A stretch of 64,000 nucleotides of DNA from an uncultured Clostridia bacterium (lineage in GTDB: Bacteria > Bacillota > Clostridia > UBA1381), in assembly GCA_910579415.1 (NCBI GenBank), contig CAJTUY010000001.1, positions 39,864-103,863 on the forward strand. The letters run 5' to 3'. Of the stretch, positions 1 to 9,099 are shown in pieces; positions within the stretch are counted from its first letter, which is position 1, and each line of letters starts with the position of its first letter. A program made the position numbers and the translations under genes. Below the pieces are notes generated by a model that did no database searches, was not told the DNA's origin, and saw only the letters and a list, made by a program, of their open reading frames with translations.

Positions 1-798
1 ACGTTCTTCAAACTCACCTCTGTATTTTGCGCCTGCAACCATACTGGACAGGTCCACTGATACAAGACGTTTTGTTTTAAGCGGCTCGGGAACGTCACCC
101 GAAGCGATTTTCTGAGCCAGTCCTTCAGCTACCGCCGTTTTTCCCACGCCAGGCTCGCCTATAAGGCATGGGTTGTTTTTTGTGCGCCTTGAAAGTATCT
201 GTGTTACGCGCTCAATCTCCTTTGAACGTCCTATTACAGGGTCAAATTTTTCTTCGCGCGCCAGTGCGGTAAAATCACGTCCGAACTGGTCAAGCGTAGG
301 GGTGGGGGAGTTAGGGTTGGGAGCATAGTCTCCTGATGCTGCTTCCTCATATTCTCCGTCACTGTCAATAGCGCGGAGTGTATCGGTGTAGATGTTTGTA
401 AATTCAATTCCCGATGAACTCAGTATTTTTGCCGCCACGCCGTCGCCGTCGCGGATAATTGCCATAAGAATATGTTCTGTACCTATATACTTATGTCCAA
501 GCCTGCGCGCTTCCACAGCGCTCATTTCAAGTATTCGCTTTGAACGCGGTGTAAGCGGAAGCTCTGTCTGCTGCGGAAGCGGCGCGCCTGCACCGATATA
601 TTCGTTTATTTTCTGCGTTACCGCATCTGCTGTAAGACCGCTTTCCTCAAGTATTTTTGCTGCGACACCGCTTCCCTCGCGTATAAGACCGAGAAGCAGA
701 TGCTCGCTGCCTATATAATTGTGTCCCATCTGCGCCGCCGCGTCATGCGCTTCGCTGATGGCTATTCTTGCTTTTTCGGTAAAATTTGAAAATAACAT
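1..798 (-). CDS. clpC: ATP-dependent Clp protease ATP-binding subunit ClpC (5' part; runs off the window)
   Basis: Manual translation from ATG at 798 gives [47 protein letters not shown]..., then [19 protein letters not shown] (Walker A). Follows mcsB. Confidence 0.93.
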   Translation of the reverse strand, partial: MLFSNFTEKARIAISEAHDAAAQMGHNYIGSEHLLLGLIREGSGVAAKILEESGLTADAVTQKINEYIGAGAPLPQQTELPLTPRSKRILEMSAVEARRLGHKYIGTEHILMAIIRDGDGVAAKILSSSGIEFTNIYTDTLRAIDSDGEYEEAASGDYAPNPNSPTPTLDQFGRDFTALAREEKFDPVIGRSKEIERVTQILSRRTKNNPCLIGEPGVGKTAVAEGLAQKIASGDVPEPLKTKRLVSVDLSSMVAGAKYRGEFEER

Positions 799-813
799 AG
801 TAAATCAACTCCT

Positions 814-1812
814 TTACATATTATCTCTGAGAAATTCCGCGCGCTTTATGTCGCGTCCGGAAGGTTCAAGCTCCTTATCTCCGCTAAGCAGTGCGGGTTC
901 GGTTATAACCATACATTCAAGAGGTGATATTTTGCCCTCACAGGGAAGTATACCCATATTCTGACCGAGCATTACATCTGACAGCAGGGATTTTGCTTCT
1001 GCGGATGACATGCACCTTGCATATTTAAGTATTCCGTAGGAACGGTACAGTTTATCCGCAAGAGCATCGGAATTGTTGTCTTTAAGCGCTTTGCGCGCTT
1101 TGGTTTCCATTTCCGTAAGCTGTTTTACAATATCTTTAAGCTTTTCAATTGACTGCTGTTCGGAAATGCCAAGTGTCATTTTATTTGAAATCTGATACAG
1201 ATTTCCGTAGGCCTTTGTGCCTTCGCCGTAAAGTCCGCGCACTTCAATTCCAAGACTTGCGGCAGAAGAAATAACGCGGCTTATGTTATCAGTCATTGTA
1301 AGCGCGGGCAGATGAAGCATTACAGAGGCGCGCATGCCGGTGCCTGTGTTGGTGGGGCAGGCGGTAAGATAACCGAAATCATTGTCAAATGCGTAAGTCA
1401 GATTTTCTTCAAGGACATCGTCAACCTTTGATGCAAGTGAATATGCCTCATCAAGCGCAAGTCCTGATAAAATTACCTGCAAGCGTATATGGTCCTCCTC
1501 CATAAGCATAATGCTCATGGTTTTGTCTTTATTTATAAGTACGGATTTTCCTTTTCCTTCGCACATTACGGGACTTATAAGATGTTCCTCCGCCATTGCC
1601 TGTTTTCTTACAGACGGGGTATTGTCAAGGTTGATAAAATCAAAATCCTTTGCAAGCGTGGAATTACTTCCCAAAAGTGCATTTTTGATTTTTTCGGTAA
1701 CATCGGCTGTTGACGCAAGAGCATTTGGGAATGGGATGCCTGCAAGGTTTCTTGCCAGTCGTATTCTGGTGGATACCACTATATCCGATTTATTGTTTTT
1801 ATACCAAATCAT
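814..1812 (-). CDS. mcsB: Protein-arginine kinase McsB
   Basis: STRIRLARN, EEDHIRLQ, GYLTACPTNTGTGMRASVMLHLP motifs; ctsR operon context. Confidence 0.95.
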   Translation of the reverse strand: MIWYKNNKSDIVVSTRIRLARNLAGIPFPNALASTADVTEKIKNALLGSNSTLAKDFDFINLDNTPSVRKQAMAEEHLISPVMCEGKGKSVLINKDKTMSIMLMEEDHIRLQVILSGLALDEAYSLASKVDDVLEENLTYAFDNDFGYLTACPTNTGTGMRASVMLHLPALTMTDNISRVISSAASLGIEVRGLYGEGTKAYGNLYQISNKMTLGISEQQSIEKLKDIVKQLTEMETKARKALKDNNSDALADKLYRSYGILKYARCMSSAEAKSLLSDVMLGQNMGILPCEGKISPLECMVITEPALLSGDKELEPSGRDIKRAEFLRDNM

Positions 1813-2180
1813 AGTCCCTTCGCCTCGCTTTCTATTTTGCGTATCTCCTTATGAAGCTTTGCTGCTTTTTCGTAGTCCTCATTTCTTACGGCTTCCGAAA
1901 GCTCTGTTTTCAGTGTTTCATACTGACGCTTAAGCTTCAGTTCTCTGCCCGACTTTGAGGGGATTTTGCCTGTGTGTACTGTGTTGGGGTGTATGCGTGC
2001 AAGCGTTTGTCTGACAGGTGTTCTGAATGAATTATAACATTCGCCGCAGCCTATTTTGCCTGTGCGCATAAAATCCGAATATGTGTGTCCGCATACGGGA
2101 CATTTCTTTTCCTCTTTAACGGTGGCCGGTTGCATAAAGATGTCGAAGCCGTCAAAAAAATCTGAAAATAAATCATACAT
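1809..2180 (-). CDS. mcsA: McsA activator (short form; two CxxC motifs plus UVR domain)
   Basis: CPVC...GCGECY, H.GKIP and EDYEKAAKLHKEI (UVR); lies between ctsR and mcsB. Confidence 0.88.
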   Translation of the reverse strand: MYDLFSDFFDGFDIFMQPATVKEEKKCPVCGHTYSDFMRTGKIGCGECYNSFRTPVRQTLARIHPNTVHTGKIPSKSGRELKLKRQYETLKTELSEAVRNEDYEKAAKLHKEIRKIESEAKGL

Positions 2181-2206
2181 AATAAATCATTCCTTTCTCA
2201 TTAAAA

Positions 2207-2650
2207 CTACCTGTGCATAAGCATGCTTTTTAATATATTTGCTCTTAAGACACTGCGCAGAGGCTCGTCAGCCGTAAGCACATTGTCGGATATTCCGCTT
2301 AAAATAAGTGAAGCATCTTTGTTGCTCAGTGCCTCCTGCCGCACAAGGTTTGCAATGTATGCCCTTGCGCTTTTTTCATCCGTACTTTCTCCGATTGCTT
2401 TTATGGTATCGGCAATAATACCGTCGTCGCTGCGGATTTGTTTAATTCTCAGATAACCTCCTCCGCCGCGACGTGACTCTACAATATATCCGTGTTCGGG
2501 TGAAAAGCGCGTTGAAATAACATAATTTATTTGTGAGGGGACACAGCCGAAAACCGATGCAAGCTCGTTTCGTCTGAGTTCCAGCCATTCATCGCTGTCC
2601 TCTTTTAAAAGCTCTGTAATGAACGCTTCTATTTTATCACTTAAACCCAT
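2207..2650 (-). CDS. ctsR: Class III stress gene repressor CtsR
   Basis: LSDKIEAFI, FGCVPSQINYVISTRF, VESRRGGGGYLRI. Confidence 0.95.
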   Translation of the reverse strand: MGLSDKIEAFITELLKEDSDEWLELRRNELASVFGCVPSQINYVISTRFSPEHGYIVESRRGGGGYLRIKQIRSDDGIIADTIKAIGESTDEKSARAYIANLVRQEALSNKDASLILSGISDNVLTADEPLRSVLRANILKSMLMHR

Positions 2651-2664
2651 TTATCATTCACCCC

Positions 2665-2687
2665 TTTGACTTTGACTTTCTTTGACC
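2665..2687 (-). promoter_or_regulatory. CtsR operator (heptad repeats)
   Basis: Minus strand reads GGTCAAA-GAA-AGTCAAA-GTCAAA, matching RGTCAAA-NAN-RGTCAAA, between the promoter and ctsR start. Confidence 0.9.
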
Positions 2688-2698
2688 TTTCATTTATC

Positions 2699-2726
2699 AT
2701 TATACTCATTTTATCCGTTTTGTCAA
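2699..2726 (-). promoter_or_regulatory. SigA-type promoter of the ctsR operon
   Basis: TTGACA-16 nt-TATAAT on the minus strand. Confidence 0.75.
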
Positions 2727-2756
2727 TGAATATTCTGTGAATAATTTGTTAACATC

Positions 2757-2786
2757 AAAAAAACGTCCGCACATATGCGAACGTTT
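2757..2786 (-). terminator. Intrinsic terminator after the SDR gene
   Basis: Minus strand AAACGTTCGC-ATATGT-GCGGACGTTT followed by a T run. Confidence 0.65.
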
Positions 2787-2799
2787 CGGATTTTTAAAA

Positions 2800-3642
2800 T
2801 TAAACCCCGAAGTATGCCTGAAAACCTCCGTCGACAGGGATAAGCGCGCCTGTAACAAAACCTGACAGAGTATCGTCTGAGAGATACAGCATTGTGCCTG
2901 CTAAATCCTCAGGCACTCCGAACCTGTCCATAGGAGTATGGGCTATAACTTTTTTTGACCGTTCTGTCAGTGAGCCGTCAGCGTTTAAAAGCAGCGTTTT
3001 GTTCTGCTCGGTCTGAAACCAGCCCGGCGCGATGGCGTTTGCGCGTATACCGCTTTTTGCAAAATGTACTGCGAGCCATTCTGTAAAGTTTGCGATACCT
3101 GCTTTTGCCGCGCAGTATGCGCTGACCTTTGTAAGAGGGTGGTATGACCCCATTGAAGCTACATTTATAACTGTTGAACCTTTTCTGCCGAGCATATCGG
3201 GCAGAAATACCTGCGTGGGCAGAATGGTCCCTATTATATTAAGGTCAAATACATAGCTGAAATTGTCTTTTTCAAGGTCAAAAAATGAAACAATATCAGG
3301 ATTTTCTATATCGCCGTTTTCAAAAAATTCCTTTGTTGTGTTGCCGCGCGGATGATTGCCGCCTGCGCCGTTTACAAGAATATCAACCTTGCCGAAGGCA
3401 TCGTTTACTGCCTTTTTTGCGGCTATAATACTATCCTTGTCAACAACATCGCACTGAACAGCAAGGCCGTTGCCGCCGAGTGAGTTTATTTTGTCGCGTA
3501 CAGCTTCAAGCTTTGCCGGCGTGCGTCCGAGTACGGCTACATTCATGCCCTGCTCGGCATATGCGTAAGCAAAAGCGCTGCACAACACGCCGCTTCCGCC
3601 TGTGATTACGGCTGTTTTGCCCTTTAAATTAGTAAATTCCAT
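2800..3642 (-). CDS. SDR family oxidoreductase (D-mannonate oxidoreductase UxuB-like)
   Basis: TGGSGVLC, NGAGGNHP, YCAAK catalytic motif, PVDGGF; start taken at MEFTNLKG. Confidence 0.8.
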   Translation of the reverse strand: MEFTNLKGKTAVITGGSGVLCSAFAYAYAEQGMNVAVLGRTPAKLEAVRDKINSLGGNGLAVQCDVVDKDSIIAAKKAVNDAFGKVDILVNGAGGNHPRGNTTKEFFENGDIENPDIVSFFDLEKDNFSYVFDLNIIGTILPTQVFLPDMLGRKGSTVINVASMGSYHPLTKVSAYCAAKAGIANFTEWLAVHFAKSGIRANAIAPGWFQTEQNKTLLLNADGSLTERSKKVIAHTPMDRFGVPEDLAGTMLYLSDDTLSGFVTGALIPVDGGFQAYFGV

Positions 3643-3664
3643 TTTTTCTCTCTCCCTGTAATTT

Positions 3665-4738
3665 TTATTCGGCATTTGCCAGTTTTGCCGCTTGGTCAGC
3701 TGTAACCAGAGCATCAACAATTTCATCAAGTGAACCGTCAAGAACCTGTTCAAGCTTGTAAAGCGTCAGATTTATACGATGGTCGGTAACGCGGCTTTGA
3801 GGGAAGTTATACGTTCTTATACGCTCGCTTCTGTCACCTGAACCAACCTGCGATTTTCTTTCGTCAGCAATCTCCTTGTGCCGCTGTTCCTCCATAACCT
3901 CATAAATTCGCGAACGCAGGATTTTCATTGCCTTATCCTTGTTTTTGTGCTGTGATTTTTCGTCCTGGCATGAAACAACGATGCCTGTCGGTATGTGTGT
4001 AATTCGTACCGCAGAGTCGGTTGTGTTGACGCACTGACCGCCCGGACCGCCTGCGCGGAATACGTCGATTCTGAGGTCGTTCTGGTTAATTTCTACTTCG
4101 ACCTCCTCCACTTCGGGAAGCACCGCAACCGTCACTGCTGAAGTGTGGATACGTCCGCTCGATTCCGTTTCGGGTACGCGCTGCACTCGGTGGACTCCGC
4201 TTTCGAATTTAAGACGGCTGTATGCGCCCTGTCCCTCAATGGAGAAGCTAACCTCCTTGTAACCGCCTATGTCTGTTGGATTTGAACTTAAAATATCTAT
4301 TTTCCAGTTCTTTGACTCTGCGTACATTGAATACATACGCATTAAATCCGCCGCGAAAAGTGCCGCCTCGTCGCCGCCTGTGCCTCCGCGTATTTCCATA
4401 ATGACGTTTTTGTCGTCGTTCGGATCTTTCGGCAGAAGCAGTAGCTTCAATTCCTCTTCAGCTGTTTTAACTGTTTCTTCTGCTTCTGACATCTCCGCGC
4501 GTATCATTTCTTCAAAGTCTTTATCCTGAGGAGCTGACAGCATTTCCTTATCATCCTCGATTGTCTGCCTTGCTGATTTTAATTCCCTGTACTTATCAAT
4601 AATTGGTGAGAGGTCAGAATGTTCTTTGCAGTATTTGCGCCATGAATTCTGGTCGGCAATAACTTCAGGGTCGCTTATTTTTTCGGAAACAAATACAAAC
4701 CGTTCCTCTAACGCTTCTAATTTATCAAGCATTTTCAT
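3665..4738 (-). CDS. prfA: Peptide chain release factor 1
   Basis: GGQ motif ([15 protein letters not shown]), PET anticodon mimic (RVPETES), RIRTYNFPQ. Confidence 0.97.
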   Translation of the reverse strand: MKMLDKLEALEERFVFVSEKISDPEVIADQNSWRKYCKEHSDLSPIIDKYRELKSARQTIEDDKEMLSAPQDKDFEEMIRAEMSEAEETVKTAEEELKLLLLPKDPNDDKNVIMEIRGGTGGDEAALFAADLMRMYSMYAESKNWKIDILSSNPTDIGGYKEVSFSIEGQGAYSRLKFESGVHRVQRVPETESSGRIHTSAVTVAVLPEVEEVEVEINQNDLRIDVFRAGGPGGQCVNTTDSAVRITHIPTGIVVSCQDEKSQHKNKDKAMKILRSRIYEVMEEQRHKEIADERKSQVGSGDRSERIRTYNFPQSRVTDHRINLTLYKLEQVLDGSLDEIVDALVTADQAAKLANAE

Positions 4739-4909
4739 ATCTCCTTACTATGTCAATACTGAGTATTTTATAATATTTTACCATAAGTGTCAACATGATA
4801 GTTAAAAATTAGTCACAAAAATTTAACATTTTGTTTATAGACACTTGAATAAATTTGTGTTACAATATAAAATGTATAAATTTGAGTAAGGACGGTGATG
4901 TGCTTGAAA

Positions 4910-7393
4910 ATGCGTAAAAGAGCGGTATTATGCGCCATTTTATCGGCGATACTGCTTACTTCGGGTACACACAGGATAAATATACCGGTACTTGCGTCCT
5001 CTCCGATTTCCGAAGCAGAGGCACTTGCGGGTGCGGCGGAGCTGTATGAAAGTCTTACGGGAACAGAGGTTTATGTCCCTGACGGACTGGAAGAAATGCA
5101 GCTTGACCATGAGATACTGAAATCAATTGTACTCGGTTATATAAATCTTGAGGATACAGAGGAGGCATTGCAGGATAAATCTATAAGGAAGCAGGATTTT
5201 ATATCAATCCTGTATAAAACGATTATAAGCTATAATGACAGCTATACAATATATGAAGACGAAGCTAACGCAATACTTAACAAATGCTATGACAATGCAT
5301 ACATAGATGAGAAGAACAGGATTTCCTATGCGTTTATGATGAAGCAAGGAATAATTACGGCAAAATTCGGCAGTGAGCCTAATAAGGAGCTTACTCGGGA
5401 GGAATGTGAAACTCTTATAGAAACCGTTTATGATATGTTTGCGCAGAATGTCACAATGACGATAAACGACGGCGCTGTAACTGTCGGGGCGAATATTGAT
5501 ACTGTGCTTGACGTATTCGGCGTTCCTAACAGGATAGACGCAACGGAATATGGTTTTGACTGGTATGTCTATAATTCTGAGTATTCCTCGTATTTTATGG
5601 TAGGTGTAGAAGCCGACAGGGTGTGCGCATTCTATTCAAACAGCGCGGCATTTGACGTTAACGGGATAAATTCGGGAGATGACTTCGCGCTTACAGCCGA
5701 CTATACGGATAATCGCTGTTTCAGGTTCTATCATACTTCCGGCGGTAAGGTGGACTCGGTTCTTTACAATCCGCGCTATCGCGATGGCGCTGACACAGCG
5801 TCAATTAAGCGTTCAAAATCAAAGATACTGCTTGATATGATAAATGCAAACCGTGCAAAAAACATGCTGCCGATATATGTTGAGGACTCAGGTATGAGTT
5901 CACAGGCATGGTTCAGTACGCTTGACGTAGCGTCTGAACGCGGCTACGGCGGCGATGCAATTACACAATCAGGTTTTGATGTATTTTCAGTGTACCGTCA
6001 GCTTGTTGAGGATGAAAACGACATACTTACGCAGGATGCGCTGTACGCGACGGCAGTAGGTATAAGCACTTCAACTGATATGTCGGGCGGCATACATACA
6101 AGTATCATTTCCGATACGGACCGGGCAGCCGCAATAAATGAAGTTGAAACGGCAGATTTGCCCGACGAGGACTATACAATTGCTCCGGTAGAAGAGATAA
6201 CGGTTCCGGTACTGATACTTCCGTCAACGGAAATGCAGTATATTGCCGGAGATGACATTGTAATTCAGCTTGAAGAGCGCGCCGCGACCGAGTATCATAT
6301 AGAAATGTTTGACGTTGAAAATGATGAATATGCTGTTAATGAGTACATAATTACAGACGAAACGGAATTTACGCTCCCTTCTGAGCTTTTTAAGGAAGGA
6401 CGCGATTACCGCCTTGTTGTAAGCTCGGTAACGGAAACGGGCGAGAGTCTTGGCGCGGACGAAGTGCTTATAAGCTACGGAAGCGCGTATGACAGCGGTA
6501 TTGAAATCATAACGCCGTACGCAAACGGAATACTTGACGGCGATACGCTTGAAATATCATGGGAATCTGACCGCTACCATGACTTTTATGTTGACCTTTA
6601 CTGCGATAACCGTCTTGTTGCCTCAAAGGTGGTTGAGGATGAATATGAAGCGGTGATACAAGGCGTGGGTACGGGTAAATGCTTCCTGTACGTAACTGCT
6701 TTAAGACGCGGTACACGCGTTGAAAAAGCGCAGGATTGTGTCGCGTTTGAGGTGCAGCAGCCTGCTCCTGTGATAAATGAAACCATACTTGACAGAGATG
6801 ATAAGTATTACTTTGTATATGAAGACGAGGAACTTGGATTATTGTACTTCTATGATGAAGAATTGGTGGATGTTGAGGAAAACGGAGAAACTGTCACAAA
6901 GAAAAAAATTATACAGAAACAGGTAAAAGCGACGGCAGGCTATAAGAAGCTTGCGCGCTACCGCACAAAACCGGAATATACAACGGGCGACCCGACTGTT
7001 ACAGCGCATAATCTTTATTATGACGGAACAAAGGGCGGCGCGATTGTATCGGAGGCGGAGAAATATCTTGGAGTACCGTACGTATGGGGCGGAACAACGC
7101 CTTCGGGATTTGATTGTTCGGGACTTGTGCAGTATGTAATGAATACGCTTGGTGTAAATGTAAGCCGAGTTGCGGAGGACCAGTTCAGAAACGGAACGCC
7201 TGTAAACCGCGATGAGCTTCAGCCCGGAGATTTGGTATTCTTTGAGCAGGGCGGATATATACACCATGTGGGAATATATGCAGGGGATAATATGATGATA
7301 CATGCGCCGCGTACGGGTGATGTTGTGAAATATCAGTCGATTGATACTGATTATTACCGCAGTGAATATGCGGGCGCAAGACGTGTTTATTAA
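4910..7393 (+). CDS. Secreted multidomain NlpC/P60 peptidoglycan endopeptidase
   Basis: Signal peptide; CAP-associated-like region (FGVPNRIDATEYGFDWYVY); Ig-like repeats; C-terminal LGVPYVWGGTTPSGFDCSGL...HHVGIY. Start could be anywhere from 4895 to 4910. Confidence 0.85.
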   Translation: MRKRAVLCAILSAILLTSGTHRINIPVLASSPISEAEALAGAAELYESLTGTEVYVPDGLEEMQLDHEILKSIVLGYINLEDTEEALQDKSIRKQDFISILYKTIISYNDSYTIYEDEANAILNKCYDNAYIDEKNRISYAFMMKQGIITAKFGSEPNKELTREECETLIETVYDMFAQNVTMTINDGAVTVGANIDTVLDVFGVPNRIDATEYGFDWYVYNSEYSSYFMVGVEADRVCAFYSNSAAFDVNGINSGDDFALTADYTDNRCFRFYHTSGGKVDSVLYNPRYRDGADTASIKRSKSKILLDMINANRAKNMLPIYVEDSGMSSQAWFSTLDVASERGYGGDAITQSGFDVFSVYRQLVEDENDILTQDALYATAVGISTSTDMSGGIHTSIISDTDRAAAINEVETADLPDEDYTIAPVEEITVPVLILPSTEMQYIAGDDIVIQLEERAATEYHIEMFDVENDEYAVNEYIITDETEFTLPSELFKEGRDYRLVVSSVTETGESLGADEVLISYGSAYDSGIEIITPYANGILDGDTLEISWESDRYHDFYVDLYCDNRLVASKVVEDEYEAVIQGVGTGKCFLYVTALRRGTRVEKAQDCVAFEVQQPAPVINETILDRDDKYYFVYEDEELGLLYFYDEELVDVEENGETVTKKKIIQKQVKATAGYKKLARYRTKPEYTTGDPTVTAHNLYYDGTKGGAIVSEAEKYLGVPYVWGGTTPSGFDCSGLVQYVMNTLGVNVSRVAEDQFRNGTPVNRDELQPGDLVFFEQGGYIHHVGIYAGDNMMIHAPRTGDVVKYQSIDTDYYRSEYAGARRVY

Positions 7394-7410
7394 GAAAGGA
7401 CGGGGATAAA

Positions 7411-8061
7411 ATGGCAGCAGAGATACGCGCGCGTACACGCGCATCGGTAAGACGTAAAAATACGGTTATATTGTCAGCGATAACGCTTTTGTCGGTGTTT
7501 GCGCTGGTAATGACAGTGTACAATGTGGTAAAGGGAAACTGGCTTTTCTGTGTTGCGTGGTTTATAGCGTTAATTCTTGCCGCAACCTATGTCTTTATAA
7601 GAATGAATACGGTTTTTCCTACATATATTGCGGCAGACCGTGAGAATTTGTATATGAAAAACTGGTCTAATGACTTTCTGCCGTATGACTGCAATAATAA
7701 GATAAAAATTCTCAGTGAGTTTATACCTGCCAAAACCAAGCTTGTGGAAATTCCGCTTGATGAAATTCATGTTATTTTAATAGGTACAAAAAATTTTATC
7801 AAGCGAAATACGGATGAATCCTCATCATTTCATAAGGCGGTTAAAAAGCTTGAAAAGACTAAGGATTTTTATAAGAAAAAGACTTTGTCGAGTATGGATA
7901 TAATCTATGTTGAAACGTATGCTAATGAGTGTTATTATATGCCTGTTGTGGATTTTGAAACAAAGGATGTAATGAAAATAGTGCAGACTATGCAGAGAAG
8001 AAATGCTGATTTGGAGCTGAAAAGTTCAAGCCGTGATTATCGCAGGCTTTTGGCAAAGTAA
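7411..8061 (+). CDS. Hypothetical membrane protein (two N-terminal TM helices)
   Basis: 216-aa ORF with RBS and two hydrophobic segments. Confidence 0.75.
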   Translation: MAAEIRARTRASVRRKNTVILSAITLLSVFALVMTVYNVVKGNWLFCVAWFIALILAATYVFIRMNTVFPTYIAADRENLYMKNWSNDFLPYDCNNKIKILSEFIPAKTKLVEIPLDEIHVILIGTKNFIKRNTDESSSFHKAVKKLEKTKDFYKKKTLSSMDIIYVETYANECYYMPVVDFETKDVMKIVQTMQRRNADLELKSSSRDYRRLLAK

Positions 8062-8200
8062 AAGGGAAATATATCCGGTTGAAATAAAAGGCAATGTTTT
8101 TAGAAAATGGCATAAAGGCTGTCATATTGTACAAATTCTACAAAAAACAAAGGCTAAATTATAACACATTCACAAAAAACAATATAAAAATAAAAAAGAA

Positions 8201-8229
8201 TTGAAATTTAACGATATTTAGTTTATAAT
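8201..8229 (+). promoter_or_regulatory. SigA-type promoter of the surface-protein pair
   Basis: TTGAAA-17-TATAAT preceded by an A-rich UP-like tract. Confidence 0.65.
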
Positions 8230-8321
8230 GTAGGTATATGAATGTAACTTGTATGTGTGTTGGGCGGAAGCAGGCACTCAAACAAAGCAAAAAAATCTAT
8301 TTAGAAAAGGGGTAAACAAAA

Positions 8322-8990
8322 ATGAAGAAATTTACAAAATTATTTCTATCATGCGCGGCAGCAGCGGCATTGACGGCTGCAGTTGCAACATCAGCTATGG
8401 CTGCTGACTCAATGAGAGGTCAGATTACTGGTACATATGAAGCCGGAACTCTTACATTAACAGCACCTAATGCGGCAGATGAAATCAAGACAGTTGTTGT
8501 TTTGGACGCGGCAGATGTTGCTGCAGACCCGAACACTGTTCAGATTAAGAGCAAGAATGTTATCGGTATTGACCAGGTTACTGAAAATACTATTGTTGTT
8601 AAGCTTGATACAACTAAGGTTGACACAGCTGCAAAAGAGTATACTGTTCTTATCGGCGGTTCAGCAGGTCAGATTTACGAAGGAACATTCGGTAAGGTTT
8701 CAGGTGTTACCTTTAAGATTGGTGACGTTAACGTAAATGGTGAAATAGACCTTAATGACGGTACATTCCTGCTAAGATACATAGCTAACCCTAATATGGG
8801 TAGAACAGGTAAGGCTGGAACAACAACAACTGCAACAGTTGATGGTACTGCTGTTACAATCGGTGACGTTAACGTAAACGGTGAAATAGACCTTAATGAC
8901 GGTACATTCCTGCTAAGATACATAGCTAATCCTAATATGGGTAGAACAGGTAAGGCCGGAACAGAGGTTACAGGCGCTATTAACGAGTAA
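8322..8990 (+). CDS. Secreted protein with a C-terminal dockerin-like duplicated Ca-binding repeat
   Basis: Ala-rich signal peptide; two identical copies of IGDVNVNGEIDLNDGTFLLRYIANPNMGRTGKAGT (GDVNxxGxIxxxD...LLRY dockerin pattern). Confidence 0.82.
   Translation: MKKFTKLFLSCAAAAALTAAVATSAMAADSMRGQITGTYEAGTLTLTAPNAADEIKTVVVLDAADVAADPNTVQIKSKNVIGIDQVTENTIVVKLDTTKVDTAAKEYTVLIGGSAGQIYEGTFGKVSGVTFKIGDVNVNGEIDLNDGTFLLRYIANPNMGRTGKAGTTTTATVDGTAVTIGDVNVNGEIDLNDGTFLLRYIANPNMGRTGKAGTEVTGAINE
8718..8963 (+). repeat. 105-nt direct repeat (8718-8822 and 8859-8963) encoding the two dockerin halves
   Basis: Copies differ at 4 synonymous positions only. Confidence 0.9.
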
Positions 8991-9019
8991 TTCTCGGTAT
9001 AGTTTCTATTAAATAATGT

Positions 9020-9056
9020 AAGTGAAGCGGTCATGCTTTGCATGACCGATTCGCTT
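9020..9056 (+). other. Intercistronic stem-loop without U-tract
   Basis: AAGTGAAGCGGTCATGC-TTT-GCATGACCGATTCGCTT. Confidence 0.7.
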
Positions 9057-9099
9057 GATTATTATAATTATAGGATATTCTGAAAGGGGAAAAAACAAA

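Noticed and set aside
8718..8963. Possible diversity-generating retroelement TR/VR pair
   Set aside because: The 4 differences are synonymous C/T changes in both directions, both copies lie in one ORF, and no reverse transcriptase is present.
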